DNA of 63,998 nucleotides, the filler included, from Olpidium bornovanus S191 (Eukaryota; Fungi; Olpidiomycota), in NCBI GenBank assembly GCA_017911155.1. It is 31 parts of 31 records of this genome, joined end to end, with 100 filler letters (N's around TTAATTAATTAA, not from the genome) between each part and the next. Parts side by side here need not be neighbours in the genome. Positions count along the whole stretch, not along the records: positions 62,970 to 63,998 come from JAEFCI010007350.1; 30 more parts are not named here. One strand, given 5' to 3'. Positions 63,448 to 63,998 of the stretch are shown here, piece after piece. Below the pieces are notes generated by a model. It searched no databases. It was given only the letters and a program-made list of their open reading frames with translations, and was not told the origin of the DNA. Both the position numbers and the translations under genes were made by a program. Numbering within the stretch: the stretch's first letter is position 1; every line of letters begins with the position of its first letter.

Positions 63448-63998
63448 AGGCAAAAATTGTTAGTATATCCGCATAAATGCTGTAATAATAATAGTATGAA
63501 TAATATTACGCCGGTGATATCACCCTCTGACATAGCGGTCAATAACAAAAGAAATTGTTGAATAATGATTGATAGGATAGGCATAAGTGCCTGATTCTCT
63601 ATACTAATTATCCATTTATTCTATGATGTAATGCTATTTATGCCGGGAGTAGTCGAGTCTTTGTAGCGATACTTTAAGACGGTTTCACACAATATCTGCA
63701 GACAGACCCGCAACAATCAATGCCGCGCCCATCCCTCTCTGCTCCGCAAAGGAGCCAACCGCCGACGCTCACCGCGCAACAAATCTCCGCTTCGCACCCT
63801 TCCCTCACCGGCCCGCAGCTCCTGCTCCGCAGCGCACTCTCTCAACTCCCTTGAACACCCACTCTCGAGACGACGCCATAAATGCGCACCTCCCAATACC
63901 CGCGAAGGAGAGAGCCAGACCGGAATCGCACGACGCCGCCACCCCCTGCCCTCGTCACCTCCTCCCTCCCCTCCCCACTTCCTCCCCCCCCCCCCCCC

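Overview
This is not one continuous locus. It is 31 short, unrelated contigs joined by artificial 100-bp spacers (44 N + TTAATTAATTAA + 44 N). The DNA is GC-rich, intron-rich eukaryotic nuclear sequence. Fungal-type genes (Pho85, Yvc1-like TRP channel, Vps3844/DUF3844, Meu6-type PH domain, unfused eS30) occur together with the flagellar dynein regulator calaxin/EFCAB1, which points to a zoosporic early-diverging fungus (Olpidium-like is a guess that cannot be confirmed here). Most contigs carry partial housekeeping genes: SelO, MPP-beta/Cor1, TOP1, PCF11, SCOT, GCN20, UBC8, a USP, an MDR oxidoreductase, RPS30, a Prr1-like kinase, VPS27, GUS1, IZH/PAQR, NIC96 and THO1. The most notable unannotated element is a ~220-nt box C/D snoRNA candidate in RPS30 intron 1. 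It has two antisense elements that together cover adjacent segments of 18S rRNA helix 34 around the acetylated C1280 site (snR4-like, and/or a guide for an A1287 methylation I do not know of). Other items of interest are a 6-nt micro-exon in MPP-beta, a decayed Helitron with a retained intron, a 23-bp G.U-tolerant hairpin, a 21-bp inverted repeat bracketing putative exons, a palindrome-dense region, recurrent GTCACGTGAC promoter motifs and a ~60-aa insertion in Top1. All homology calls are from recalled family motifs, not database searches. rRNA numbering is S. cerevisiae and is recalled from memory.
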